Counted from the stretch's first letter, positions 11,610 through 24,342 are shown. The stretch: DNA of 64,000 nt from Octopus vulgaris (GCA_951406725.2 OX597817.1:40300001-40364000); one strand, 5' to 3'. Notes: a model not told the origin generated them from the letters alone. Program-made: numbers and translations.

Positions 11610-12771
11610 CTATGTATCAATGTTGCCTGGTTTTACTGAGTCATCTGTATGGAGTACAGCTGTTGTTGTAGTTGGTAGATTATGCCTAAAAATCTGCTTT
11701 CATTCATTACTATATCGAATTTCTGCGAGTTTGGGTTTGTTACAGCTGATGTATGCAATTGAGTGGCATGATTTTCATTCACTGTTGAGCCATACCTGGT
11801 TTCCGCATTTTTGGGAAATGGTTTTCATACCCTGCTGAGCTTGGTCCTGGTGGTGTGGGTCCAGTAGTTTTTATGCGAATTGTACCCTTCCGGTGCATAA
11901 ATTTGCAATTCTCGCCAAAACATTCTTTTTTTCTCAGCGAATTGCGGCACATCTTTGGGTGAAGGAGTTCACATTCTCGGTCATTTTGGCATCCTTTTTT
12001 TCGATCAGTACCGAAGTTGATATATGGTTTGCATGGTTTGGGGTGACTGTACGTGCACGCTGTACCTGAAAGACCATGTTTGCACTTGTTGCTCCTGTAA
12101 TGGATACATACTGGCCTTTCTTCATTTGAGCGTTTGCTCTGAATCTGTTTCTTTTCGTGGGAAGTTTGGTCTTTTTCTGCAGGATCTCCTGTTTCTTGTT
12201 TTGTAGGTGTTTGCATGTCATTGTCTTCATTCTTGTCATTTACAAGAGGCACTTGGATGGCCTGTGTGTGGCAGGATTTATTTGCCATGTCAGTTTCGCC
12301 AATCAATATCTGTTTAGAACGGCCTGTCTGTGGTAGGGTCCTAGGTTCATTCGTTATTGTGGCCCTTGGTGAACAATAACCGCATAACCAGTGTAGGCCT
12401 AGGATATCTGGAATGGTGTGGTTATTTATCTTTTTTAAGTAGCACGCTTCGTGTATTCCTTGTCCACAGATGAAGCATGCCAAAGCTGGTTTTTGGCCAA
12501 ATGTAATGCAGTACTGTTTGTCACACATTTTGCAAGTCTCCGGGAGGAAGTTTTCAATCCTTGTTATAATCCAGTTGGTGAAGTTTGATTTTGTGAGCTC
12601 AACTTGAACACCATCATTCAAGAAAGCTGCTGCTTTCTTTAACATCGTAAACTTACAGTTGGTGAAAATATTTTTGTATATTGCTCCACTTTCCTGTTTG
12701 ATATCATATTTCGACAAGACACTTTTTATATCTTGATTTTGTGTTGATGAGATGATTTTCAATAGTACCAT
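11474..12771 (-). pseudogene. LINE ORF1 with PHD finger and three CCCH zinc fingers; the C-terminus appears to continue in the -1 frame (with one internal TAA) to 11474
   Basis: PHD: CKMC..CFICGQGIHEAC..WLCGYC. CCCH: CIHYRSNKCKHGLSGTACTYSH, CKPY..GCQNDRECELLH, CRNSLRKKECFGENCKFMH. The annotated frame stops at 11779. The -1 frame reads ...FLGIIYQLQQQLYSIQMTQ*NQATL...PVQQA*. Confidence 0.85.
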
Positions 12772-13899
12772 AGTGAGGATGTGATCAAAAACTTTGCAAT
12801 TAAAAAATAATAGAAGAAAACTTTTCAAATATGAATAAATATATGGAGGCAAAGGAGTGGCTGTGTGATAAGTAGTTTGCTTACCAGCCTCATGGTTCCG
12901 GGTTCAGTCCCACTGCATGGCACCTTAGGCAAGTGTCTTCTACTATAGCATCGGGCTGACCAAAGCCTTGTAAGTGGATTTGGTAGATGGAAACTTATAG
13001 AAGACCATTGTGTATATGTATACATATATATGTGTGTGTGTGTACATGTTTGTGTGTCTGTGTTTGTTCCCCCCAACATCGCTTGACAACTAATGCTGGC
13101 GTGTTACACCCCCATAACTTAGCAGTTCGGCAAAAGAGACCAATAGAATAAGTACTAGGCTTACAAAGAATAAATCCTGGGGTTGATTTGCTTGACTAAA
13201 GGTGGTGCTCCAGCTTGGCCACAGTCAAATGACTGAAACAAGTAAAAGAAAAAAAGATAAAAGAAAAGTGGAAGTATGTAAAAATAAACATTATTCTCCT
13301 TCTTACTGTTAGTTTTGTTTCATTTTGAAAAATAAAAAATTATTTTATGGCTTATTATTGTTTGTATTTTGAATTACACATATATGGGGGCATGAAAATC
13401 TTTTAAATGAATAGAAAGTCTCCATGGAACTTAATCCAGCCCTGCCTATATACCCCTAAAATGGTAAGATGGTTATAGCTTGAATGTCTTTATTGCAAGT
13501 CTGCTTTATCATGGTTGGCCTGGGAGTAAACAATACTGCCACCATTTTCTAGAGTTAAGATAAAATTCCTTTACTTTTCCATAAAATGTACAAGCAATGT
13601 CTTGTAAGATATTTTGGTCTTTAATTCTGACGCGACTAAGTTATCTTGTTAACTAAACAAACAATGTTGACTAATTATCATAGCACAACATTAGCATACT
13701 GCCACAATACTCTAATGGGCGGTTCCTTACAGCCAACACCATCATATAAATATCAGTGCCACCTCTGCCACCACCACCACCACTACCACCACCAACACCA
13801 CAATCAGTAAATCTAAAATACTTCCTATCTATTTTTGAAATTACGCTTTTATTGTTTTGCTGATTTCAGCCATTCTTGTAGTGTTAACCTTCTCTCTCT

Positions 13900-14140
13900 C
13901 ATCATCATCACCATCGTCATCGTCGTCGTTGTCATCGTCATCGTCGTCGTTGTCATCGTCATCGTCGTCATCATCGTCATCGTCATCATCATCATCATCA
14001 TTGTCATTATTATCATCATCATCATCATTATCATCATCGCCGTCATCATCATTATCATCGTCATCGTCACTACCACCACCACCACCACCACAACCACCAC
14101 CACAACCATTACCACCACCTCCACCACTACCGTCATCATT
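13900..14140. repeat. Compound (CAT/CGT)n and (CAC)n microsatellite; similar tracts at 17155-17460, 19187-19365 and 24200-24380
   Basis: Directly visible trinucleotide runs. These are the source of the poly-D/S/I/H pseudo-ORFs. Confidence 0.95.
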
Positions 14141-14829
14141 TTTATTACATCCATTATTTTTCCATGTTGGCTTTATTATGTTGAACAAATCGTTATGGGT
14201 CAGGTCAATTGTTAGTCAATCTTCGATTACAATTCCATTCACATCTAAGGTAACAATGAAATAGCAATATCAAATCAACCGTCATTTCTTGATTGATACT
14301 TTATGTTATTGATGTATCAATCTGCAGTATTTGACATAGGTGCATGCGTGGCTGTGTGGTAAGATGTTTGCACTTTGGCACTTTGGGCAAGTGTCTTCTA
14401 TTATAGCCTCAGGTCGGCCAAAGCCTTACGAGTGGATTTGGGGGATGGAAACTAAAAGCCTGTTGTATATATATGTGTATGTGTGTGTGTGCACATGCCC
14501 GTGTGTGCCTTTGTGTTTGAGTCTTTGTTCCTATGTTTGTCCCACCACCACAGCTTGGCAAATGGTGTCGGTTTGTTTATGTCCTTGTAACTAAGTACTT
14601 TAGCAGAAGAAACCAATAAAATAAGTACCAAGCTTTAAAGAAAAAAGTACTAGGGTTGATTTATTTGTCTAAACCAGGCCTGGCCAACTCGAATTAAATT
14701 GCGGGCCACTTGGATACTGATAGAATTGAAAGCATTTTGCGTTCTCATGCTATTATTACAATAATGAAAGAATGATCATTGATTCAACAAGAAATATTAT
14801 CATTTCAAAAACAGTAGTATCTCTTATAT

Positions 14830-14981
14830 TACATTATTTACATAATTTATATTTGATGGATATTTGTCCTCATCTTGTTTGTTGTTAACACAACGTTTCA
14901 GCTGATATACTCTCCAGCCTTCTTCAGGTGTCTTGGAGAAATTTTGAACCTGGGTTCTCATTCCTAAGGTATTTTTCGATG

Positions 14982-15013
<32 letters not shown>

Positions 15014-15210
15014 GTTGTTAGTGTTCAGGTCACTGCTTGGAATTGAACTCGGAATCTTGGGGTTAGTAGCCTGCGCTCTTAACCACTATGCCATATGTCC
15101 ATGGGCATATGGCGTAGTGGTTAAGATGAGGACAAATATCCGTTGAATGTAAATAATTTAAATAATGTAAATAATGTACATAATTCCTTGTCTCTTAAAT
15201 ATAGAACTGT
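14830..15210 (-). mobile_element. tRNA-headed short element with Penelope-type hammerhead motif and an inverted partial duplicate (copy 1)
   Basis: Minus strand: tRNA-like head at about 15100-15027, then the hammerhead-like motif at 14932-14887. An inverted copy of the head start and tail lies at 15103-15210. Confidence 0.7.
14887..14932 (-). ncRNA. Minimal type I hammerhead ribozyme-like motif
   Basis: 5'-GACAC CUGAAGA A GGCUGG agaguaua UCAGCU GAAAC GUU GUGUU-3': stem I, CUGANGA core, stem II, GAAA, palindromic ACGU helix III. Confidence 0.6.
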
Positions 15211-15454
15211 AATATTTCTTTTTTACTTTTCATTACAATCTTTAATTCTTGATAAAATTTTTAAAATTTTTGTTTAAATAAACCCATTTCAAACAGGCCA
15301 CAAGATAAAAGTCTGCATGCCATATGCAGCCTTTGGGCCTCAGGTTAGCCATCCCTGGTCTAAACCCTTCAGGATGGTTCCTCAGTATAGCTTCAGTTCA
15401 ATGATTGAGACAAGTAAAAAGCGGAGAGAAAAGATAAGTACAAATATATGTATG

Positions 15455-15530
<76 letters not shown>

Positions 15531-15604
15531 ATAGTTGTATTTCACTTCTTTTTATTATTATCAAGGATTAACAAAAGGGTGGTGGGTTGATAGAATCATT
15601 AGAG

Positions 15605-16111
15605 CAGGGGTCAGTGAACCAAGTTAAATTACTCCAAATGGGGTAAAAATAAAATTCTTGGGGGTAATGAGGACTCATTAAGAATAAGTAAAACTATATA
15701 AAAACATGTTCCTTGGTATGATAGAAATGTTTCTTCTGGGAACACTGCATCTGTCCAATGTAATGGACGTGTAAATAGATTCATATAAATGAAATGAATA
15801 AAATAGATTCAATAAAACTTTTCAATTCAAAGAATCTATTATTTTCTTCCTTTCAAATCGGGTGAGTATTGTTAGTGTAATTAAATGCTGAAATCTACAA
15901 GTGTTTTTCATTTTCTTTCTCTGTTTATTTTCTCTTATTTCTGTTGAAGAGCATAGGCTGGAAACATAAAAGGCTCTTTCATTTTCCCAAGCATCAAACT
16001 AATTCATTTGCTTGTTGTTCATACACTTGTCTTCATCTTTTTTTTTTCTATAAATTTCAAGTAAACAAATATATTTTAGGTTAATTGGTTAAAAAAAGAT
16101 CCCCGACCCTG
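15605..16111. mobile_element. Old hAT-type MITE inserted in a SINE B copy
   Basis: Termini CAGGGGTCAG and CCCCGACCCTG. Degenerate 8-bp TSD cattagag/catcagaa. Confidence 0.6.
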
Positions 16112-17153
16112 CATCAGAACATCAGAAAACAGTGTTTTACAGTACTTCTAACTCTTGATATTCTGAGTTCAAATCCTGTGGAAGCCAACTTTGCTTTCCA
16201 TTCCTCTAGGTCAATAAAATAAACTATCAGTCAAGTACTAGAGCTGATGGCATTGACCACTCCCAATCCTTTTGAAATTACTGGCCTTGTGCTTAAATTA
16301 AAAACAATTATTATCATTCAACTAATTAACTAATTAATTAACTAGTCTATTCTCTAATCAATCAATCAGTTGGTTAATCAGAGTTCTTTCATCATAGCCA
16401 GTGTTCTCATCAATAATGTCCCCTCCTCTACTCTTGTTCTGGCACAAACATTTCTTTTTATAAATTCTTGCTTTGACAAAAGAACAAATTTTCAGGAAAC
16501 TGCTGCTGCTATTATTGCTGTTGTTGTTCAGTTTCAGATCAGCTCAAAGTTGACCTTTGTTCACAGACACAAAGACCTTCAAGTTATGACAATCCCATCT
16601 TTTTTTTCTCAGCACAGTGAACTCAGGACCACACTATTCAAGGCTACCTCACTTTTCTAAGATAGTATGAGTGAGCTGCCTGTTATTTCTAGCAGGTGAA
16701 GTGACCACTAATAACCTACCATTTTCACTTATACAGACTTGTTTAGTCCAGAGCTGTTAAAGTAATTCAATGACTTTCACACTCAATTGTTTATTACAAA
16801 ATTTAATTCACCTACAACTAAATTTCCTTATGTTTTTGTTAATTTGTATCTTATTCTCTCTTGTCTACAATTTTATATATAATTAATTTTATCACATAAA
16901 TTAATGGAAATGATCTCATTTCTTAAGTATTTATTCTATTCAAATTTTTTGAACATCCTACAAATATGTAAAGAAATCTAAGAGTGTTAAAATCTTAGGA
17001 ACAGAATGTTATTAAAATTTTTCTAGTTTTCATAAAGTTAATAAACAACAGCCTTAAAATTAAATTCTTGGAAACAATACGTGTTGTGTAATATTTGCCA
17101 ATAAATAAATAAATGACATGAAGTTTACTCCTACACCTACATACATACATACA

Positions 17154-17207
<54 letters not shown>

Positions 17208-17380
17208 CACCACCACCACCACTGCCACCTCCTCTGCCGCCGCCTCCTCCGCCTCTGCCTCTTCCTCCTCTGCTTCCTCCTCCTCCTCCTCCTCGTCTTC
17301 TTCTTCTTCTTCTTACTGTGATTTAGAATAGTAGAATTTTTAATTCTACTGCTGTTGCTGCTACATCATCATCATCATCG

Positions 17381-17420
<40 letters not shown>

Positions 17421-17693
17421 TATCATCACCATCATCATCACTGTGAACACCACCACCATCAGCAGCATTGTTTTAATGTCCATTTTCCTACGCTTGCACA
17501 GATCAGATGGAATTCATTGAAGCAGATTTTTCTACCAAATGGATACCTCCCACACACTCTTGATTCCAAGCAAGTTTAATATTTCCCCATAGCCAAACAT
17601 ATTTTCATTGAAGACTGGAAATAAACAACACTGCTTGTACAATGGTGACACTCCTTTACAACAATCACATAATGTTAAGTTTTGATTAAGGAC

Positions 17694-17740
<47 letters not shown>

Positions 17741-17766
17741 TACACAGTCACATGTGAGTACACATA

Positions 17767-17914
17767 TGAGGAGGTGCTAAAAAGTTCTTGGCTTTAGGTA
17801 AATTATAGTTTTATTCAGCATATTCCCCTTTCAGATTCACACTTATTGCAGTGATTCTTCAGTTTTTCTAAGCCCTGTAAAAGAACTTGCCAGGAACTTT
17901 TCAGCACCCCATTG
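17767..17914. mobile_element. Mariner-derived MITE
   Basis: TIRs ggtgctaaaaagttcttggc and gccaggaacttttcagcacc, TA-flanked. Confidence 0.7.
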
Positions 17915-18206
17915 TACACATATACATACATACATTCAAATGTACATACAGTAATCGCTCAACTATCGTAGGTGTTCCAAAATCTCCCGCGATAGGTGAA
18001 AATCAGCACTGTAGAAACAGTACTGTACTTTATATTATCAAAATTATTTTTACAATTTTTATATGGCTGTGTGATAAGTAGCTTGCTTACCGACCACATG
18101 GTTCCAGGTTCAGTCCCACTGCGTGGCACCTTGGGCAAGTGTTTTCTACTATAGCCTCGGGCCAACCAAAGCTTGTGAGTGGTACTGAAAGAAGCCCATC
18201 ATATGC

Positions 18207-18237
<31 letters not shown>

Positions 18238-18529
18238 CATGTGTGTGTGTGAGTATATGTTTGTGTGTCTGTGTTTGTCCCCCCAACATCGCTTGACAAC
18301 TGATGCTGGTGTGATTGCATCCCCATCATTTAGTGGTTCAGCAAGAGAGACTGATAGAATAAGTCCTGGGGTCAATTTGCTCAACTAAAGGTGGTGCTCC
18401 AGCATGGCCGCAGTCAAATGACTGAAACAAATAAAAGAATAAAATTAATTTTATTACAAATGCAAAACAACACTACAGAGTAATCAACTTAAGCTTGAAT
18501 AATAAACCGTGATATGCCAAGGGATTACT

Positions 18530-18842
18530 GGCTGATGCCAGTACCACCTGACTGGCATGTAAAAAGCACCATTCAAGCGTGGTTGATGCCAGTGCTGCCT
18601 CACTTGTCACGTGCTGGTGGCATGTAAAAAGCACCAGTTGAGCATGGCTGTTGCCAGTGCCGCCTGACTGGCTCTTATGCAGGTATTAAGTAAAAAGCAC
18701 CCACTACACTCTCAGAGTGGTTGGTGTTAGGAAGGGTATCCAGCTATAGAAACCTTGCCTGGTACAGCCTTCTGGCTTGCCATTCCTCAGTCAAACCGTC
18801 CAACCCATGCCAGCATGGAAAGTGGACGTTAAATGATGATGA
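18530..18842 (+). mobile_element. RTE-clade LINE 3' UTR fragment with tandem gtaaaaagcacc units and (GAT)n tail
   Basis: Shares the repeat units and the ggttggtgttaggaaggg...ggacgttaaa(c/t)gatgat end with 20002-20330 and 36230-36925. Confidence 0.7.
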
Positions 18843-18939
18843 CAATAATTAGAAAGAATTATTTCTTGTGGTTGAAGGAAGTTCAAGATAATTTATATCT
18901 TCAAAGAAAATAAATATTCTAACCTGACAGAGGAATCAG

Positions 18940-19180
18940 TTGAAGTGTTTAAGAGAGAAAGAGCTATGTTGGTACAGTATAGACATGTAATGTGTGTAGA
19001 TGATGATAGGTATGGAAAGAAGTGCTAGGAGATTCATGTGGGAATCACCAGTCAGTGCAAGAGGAAGATCAAGGGAGACATGGAGCAGTAGTGGTGAAGA
19101 CTGATCTTAAGAGACTGAACTTCACAAAAGAGATGACAAAGGAATACCACAAGTGGTGGGATGTTGTACTGGAAAAATGG
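18940..19180 (+). pseudogene. Highly decayed RTE ORF C-terminal remnant
   Basis: Broken similarity to the 20446-20784 peptide (VVKTDLKRLNFTKEMTK). Confidence 0.5.
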
Positions 19181-20001
19181 ATATAATGATGATGATGATG
19201 ATGGGAGTGGTGGTGGTGGTGGTGGTGGTGGTGGTGGTGGTGGTGGTGGTGGTGGCAGTGGTGGTGATGATGGTGGTTTTAGTGACAGTGATGGTGTCCT
19301 TGGTTGTAGTGGTGACGATGATGATGATGACGATGACGATGATGATGATGATGGTGATGATGATGGTATCGAACAGTCTCCATAGTAAGGGTACATTACA
19401 TCTCAAACCATAATTTTTTATGAATCAAATCATAACAAGGCTATATCAACACTTTTAATATTTCTCCCAAATCTGCTTTCTTGATGTGACTGGTGATAAA
19501 AAGATTAATTAATTATCTATATCTGATTTTCCCAGTTTCAAGGAAAATATATTCCCAAATTTCAAGACAGCAACAGAGGATGATGAAAAGATTAGATCCT
19601 TTAGTTTTTTTAATATAAAACTGGATTTCCCAGATCAGGATTTTTTTCATTACTCACACAGATATAAGGAAGCCTTTTAAATGTAAGAACTTGGAGAAAC
19701 ATCACTGTATCACATGCTAGTCATTATTATGACTTCTGTTTCCCCCAAAAGACATTGAAGATGTCATCTCTTTTACATTGGATCGACAATTTTAGCTGGT
19801 TCAAATGTTTAAAAATAGAAGTTATGTGGCTGTGTGGTGAGAAGCTTGCTTCTTTACCACACAGTTCTGGGTTCAGTCTCACTGCATGACACTTTGGGCA
19901 AGTGTCTTCTACTATAGCTTTGGGTTACCAAAGCCTTGTGAGTGGATTTGGTAGAAAGAAGCCTGTCATATATATGTGTGCATGTATATATATATATATA
20001 T

Positions 20002-20790
20002 ATCATCATCATCATCATCATCGTTTAACGTCCGTTTTCCGTGCTAGCACGGGTTGGACGGTTCGACCGGGGTCTGGGAAGCCAGGAGGCTGCACCAAGC
20101 TCCAGTTTGATCTGGCAGTGTTTCTACAGCTAGATGCCCTTCCTGACGCCAACCACTCCGTGAGTGTAGTGGGTGCTTTTTACGTGCCACCGGCACAGGT
20201 GCCAGGGGAGTCTGGCAGCGGTCATGATTGGTTGGTGCGTTTTACGTGCCACTGGCACAGAAGCCAGTCAAGGTGGTGCTGGCATCGGCCACGTTCGGAT
20301 GGTGCTTTTTACGTGCCACCGGCACAGGTATCACAACTACTATTTCCATTTGATATTTATTTCGATGTTCATGTACTTGACTCAATAGGTCTCCTCAAGC
20401 ACAACAGGTTGTTCTGAAATCCAAGGTACTTTGAATGGGCTGGGGCTATGCAGAACTGGTGCAGGAAGCAGCCCGGGTCTTTGCAGTCACAGCATATCTC
20501 CAGAGATCTCGGTCCTTCGTCATTGCCTCTGTGAGGCCCAATGCTCTAGGGTCATGCTTGACCACCTCATCCCATGTCTTCCTGGGTCTACCTCTCCCCC
20601 TGATACCTTCAACTGTTTGGGAACAGCACTTCTTCACACATCTCTCCACATCCATCCGCAGTACATGACCATACCATCGCAAGCGTCGCTCTTGCACACC
20701 ACATCTGATGCTTCTTATGTCCAGCATTTCTCTCAGGGAGCTTACACTCTGTCGTGAGTGCATACTGACATTACAAATGTGCACACTGAC
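20002..20790 (-). mobile_element. 5'-truncated RTE-clade LINE (ORF C-terminus 20446-20784 plus 3' UTR) inserted in a SINE A copy
   Basis: RRLRWYGHVLRM...RGRGRPRKTW..V..D motif, with a (CAT)n tail at 20002-20021. Confidence 0.88.
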
Positions 20791-20810
20791 ATTACAGATA
20801 TATATATATA

Positions 20811-20982
20811 TAGTGTATATTTAAACACAAGAGAGGTATCCATCATAGGACTACCTGCATGCTAGAGAGGACAGTTAAATTCCAAACCACTATTAGGGAT
20901 AAAATTTCTGGAATTTAACTGTCCTCTCTAGTGTGCAGGTAGTCCCATGATGGGTACCTCTTTTGTGTTTAAATGTACACTG
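20811..20982. mobile_element. Palindromic TA-flanked MITE with arms of about 73 bp
   Basis: agtgtatatttaaacacaagagaggtatccatcataggactacctgca...tgcaggtagtcccatgatgggtacctcttttgtgtttaaatgtacactg. Confidence 0.8.
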
Positions 20983-21865
20983 TATTTATATGAATAATAT
21001 ATAGTCTATTGACTAAATTTTTTTTCACGCTACGCCGCTAGTAATGGAAATTTCTAATATTTCAGATTATATATATTTGTGTGTGTGTGTGTGTATTTAT
21101 GCGTGTGTGTCTTTGTCCCCAAGCCATCACTTGACAACTGATGTGGGTGTAATTACATCCCTGTAGTTTACCGGTTTGGCAAAAGATATCGATAGAATAA
21201 GTCCTGAGGTTGATTTCTGCAACTAAAATCCCTTTAAGGCAGTGCTCCAGCATGGCTGCATTCAAATGACTGAAACGAGTAACAGAATAACAGAATAACA
21301 CAATTTATTTATGTGCTTAGACCTAGATGATCTCATGTCAAGTGATGCATGGATGCTGGAACAGGGACAGGGTGCTAACCTGAAAACCTGAAGCTCACTT
21401 ACTTGTGTTTAAGAAAGAGACTGTAAGTGGAGTTGTCTGTATTTACTGCTGATTGATGTCCACAAAGTATTGTGTGGGTTGCTATCAGTCATGGACACCT
21501 GGTTATTGGACTTCTTGGGACTCCTCTACTCTAGCCATTGGCCAACTCTGCAGCTCTTCTTTCTGCTGTGTCAACATCACAATCCCTCATGCACATTGTG
21601 GTGTACCAGCATGTGGCTCTTGGAACCAGCATAAGAGAAATTTAGACCAGCGGAAATCACAACTAAAATCCATAGTTTTCCTATCATCTTTTTCAATAAA
21701 ATATGTAGAGACAGTTCATTCTTCAGAGACAGCATGCTTTCAAGGGCTCTTCTATGTGGCAGTTACTGAACCATAAAATGCAGGAGAAAAATCGTGTGAT
21801 CTGCAAATACAGCCTTGCATTGCTCTGAAAATACTCAATCATTTTTCGCATGAAAGCAGACAGCA

Positions 21866-22097
21866 CTGAACAATTTTCAGCATATCTTACAAAAATTCTC
21901 TGAATTTTTTTGTATATTGGTAAATAACATTGCACAATTTCCATCACATTTTTCAAAAATTTTTTGAATTGTTTTTGCATATAGGCAAATAGCATAGAAG
22001 AATTTTCATCACATCTTGCAAAAATTCTTTGAATTTTCTGCTTATAGGCAAGAACATTGAACAATTTTTCAGCACATCTTGCAAAAATTCTTCAAGT
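21866..22097. repeat. Degenerate minisatellite, unit of about 62 bp, about 3.5-4 copies
   Basis: Recurring gaacaattttcagcacatcttgcaaaaattctttgaatttt...ataggcaaata. Confidence 0.8.
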
Positions 22098-22169
22098 TAA
22101 TTTTTCTAGTCATAGCAGTAAGATGTAAATAACGATGTAAAAAGATACAATTCTGATATTACTATTTCA

Positions 22170-22400
22170 TGTGAGAAGTGGTTTCTTTATTATATCAACA
22201 TCAAGGCTGCAGCACCGTCTGTAGTCACAGCAACACATTTGCTTCAAGAAAAATTTTCATTTCTATGAATTTGTCAAACTTGGAGAAAATAAATCCACAT
22301 ACAGTTTTACTCTCCGACTGGCAAACAAAGGAGATAATGTTCAATAATTTATCGTGTGTTTTGGTCTGAATAACAAGAATAGACGATAAGTTGTATGCTT
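22170..22400 (-). pseudogene. Decayed hAT (Charlie/ZBED-like) transposase fragment
   Basis: ESKTVCGFIFSKFDKFIEMKIF followed, after a frameshift, by SKCVAVTTDGAAAL, the typical TTDGA motif. Confidence 0.65.
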
Positions 22401-22527
22401 TATTTTTAACATCTATAGTTTTGCTACAGATATTCAGAGCTTCAGGAATCATGTTAAATTTCATTGTGTCAATGGATACAGGAATTTACGCTACTTTAAC
22501 CACACTCTACTTCTTGCAATTACTTAC

Positions 22528-22596
22528 AAATACATCTGACAGGTCTCTGAACCTCTCTATTTGGATTCTTTTGTTTTTCATGCACACATCTACCAT
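22528..22596 (-). CDS. Putative host-gene exon (MVDVCMKNKRIQIERFRDLSDVF); may be coding or a uORF
   Basis: Strong acceptor ttttttacctctcttcag| and donor |gtaagt. 69 nt, open in phase 0. Confidence 0.5.
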
Positions 22597-22980
22597 CTGA
22601 AGAGAGGTAAAAAAGGATTTTTAATCACTATGTCTTTCTTTGCTATTAACTAGAAGAATATTTTGATAATTCTAAAATACAGGTGTCTTATTAAAAAACT
22701 GTATGGATTTGTTTCTGTGATTGCCATACTATGATATTAAATGGGTCTTCATTTTTTTTTTTACTATTTACCACATCAAACTGTGGCTAATGCTAGGGCA
22801 CCATCTTGAAAAGTATAGTTGAATATACTGATCCTAGTACTTGTTGACTTGTACTTATTCTATCATTCTCTTTTGCTGGACCACTAAGTGACAGGGAAAT
22901 AAACAAGCCAACATCAGATGTCAAGTAGTGGGGGTACAAACACAAAGATCCTGCCCAATAAACATGTGTGTATGCATGTG

Positions 22981-23017
<37 letters not shown>

Positions 23018-23325
23018 GGAGAGAGAGAGAGAGAGAGGCACAATGGCCCAGTTGTTAGGGCAGCGGACTCGCGGTCATAGGATCGCGGTTTTGATTCCCA
23101 GACTGGGCGTTGTGAGTGTTTATTGAGCAAAAACACCTATAGCTCCACAAGGCTCTAGCAGGGGGTGGTGGCAATCCCTGCTGTACTCTTTCGCCACAAC
23201 TTTCTCTCACTCTTTCTTCTGTTGGCCAGCTCACTTAGCCAGTGGGGTGGCGTCATTTGAAGGCTAAAACAAAGCGCATTGTGACCAGTGATGTGTAGCA
23301 ACATCTGATAGCCTAGTCGGTGACG

Positions 23326-23366
<41 letters not shown>

Positions 23367-23467
23367 ATGTATATGTTAGTTAGTTAGTTAGTTAATAATT
23401 TGGCTCAAAAAGCAAAAAGCAAGGCCATGTAGGGGGACATGGAGTTATGTACAGGGTGGTGTTCAAA

Positions 23468-23522
<55 letters not shown>

Positions 23523-24210
23523 CATATATATATATATATATATATCATCATCATCATCATTATCGCTTAACGTCCATTTTGATGATGATGATATATATAT
23601 ATATATAATATATATATATATATATACACATATATATATATATGTGTGTGTGTATGTATGTATATATGTGTGTGTGTGTTTGTGTTTATATACATATGTA
23701 TAGTTATGTCTGACCATGGCTTGGCTGGCTGAAACTTTGAAGTCACTGTCAACAATATCCTTGTTCAAGAATAATAGTTTGTACTCTACAAATGTACAGA
23801 GTAACCCATCAGATTAATGTGAAGTTGTTTTTATTATAACAAAAAACAAAAAACATTAATACATGCATGCATATATATACAAGCCATACTTGTTTTATTC
23901 TTTGTTCCACTTTCTTCTCTCAAGTTATTGAAGAGAAGGTACTTTGGTTCTGGTAATTTCTCTTGAGGCTTAGCTTTGTTTCCTCACCATCAGTAACAAA
24001 GTCATCATCTGTACTATAACTTCATTGTTTAAGCTTGTTATTCTCATTATCCTTGTCACCTTTCACTATAGACTTGTCTTCTGTCACCACTCAAGAACTG
24101 CTTAGCTTACAGATATGAACTATTTCCTGCTACACACTCAGCTTCAAGAGCTGGGATTTTTTAAGTACTTCAACAAAGACATAGTGTCTTAATTTGGAAG
24201 CATGATGACA

Positions 24211-24342
<132 letters not shown>

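Larger units (their letters stand above)
8446..12800 (-). mobile_element. Near full-length CR1-group non-LTR retrotransposon with (AAATG)n 3' tail
   Basis: ORF1 plus ORF2 (APE and RT), a very short 3' UTR, and a (cattt)n array at 8446-8470 on the plus strand. Confidence 0.92.
8276..13444. mobile_element. hAT-type MITE with perfect 8-bp TSD CCTATATA; hosts the CR1-group LINE and a SINE A copy
   Basis: Termini CAGCACAGGATTAA and TTAATCCAGCCCTG. cctatata at 8268-8275 and 13445-13452. Confidence 0.75.
14675..15357. mobile_element. hAT (Charlie-like) MITE with perfect 8-bp TSD GTCTAAAC, inserted in a SINE A copy
   Basis: Termini CAGGCCTGGCCAAC and GTTAGCCATCCCTG. gtctaaac at 14667-14674 and 15358-15365. 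The SINE resumes at 15366. Confidence 0.85.

Noticed and set aside
8524-12239. Antisense and alternative-frame ORFs inside the LINE
   Set aside because: Shadow ORFs of the real ORF1 and ORF2, with no independent motifs.
13835-14264. Poly-Asp, poly-Ser and poly-Ile ORFs (also 17118-17579, 19052-19413, 24170-24492)
   Set aside because: Trinucleotide microsatellites that are open in several frames on both strands.
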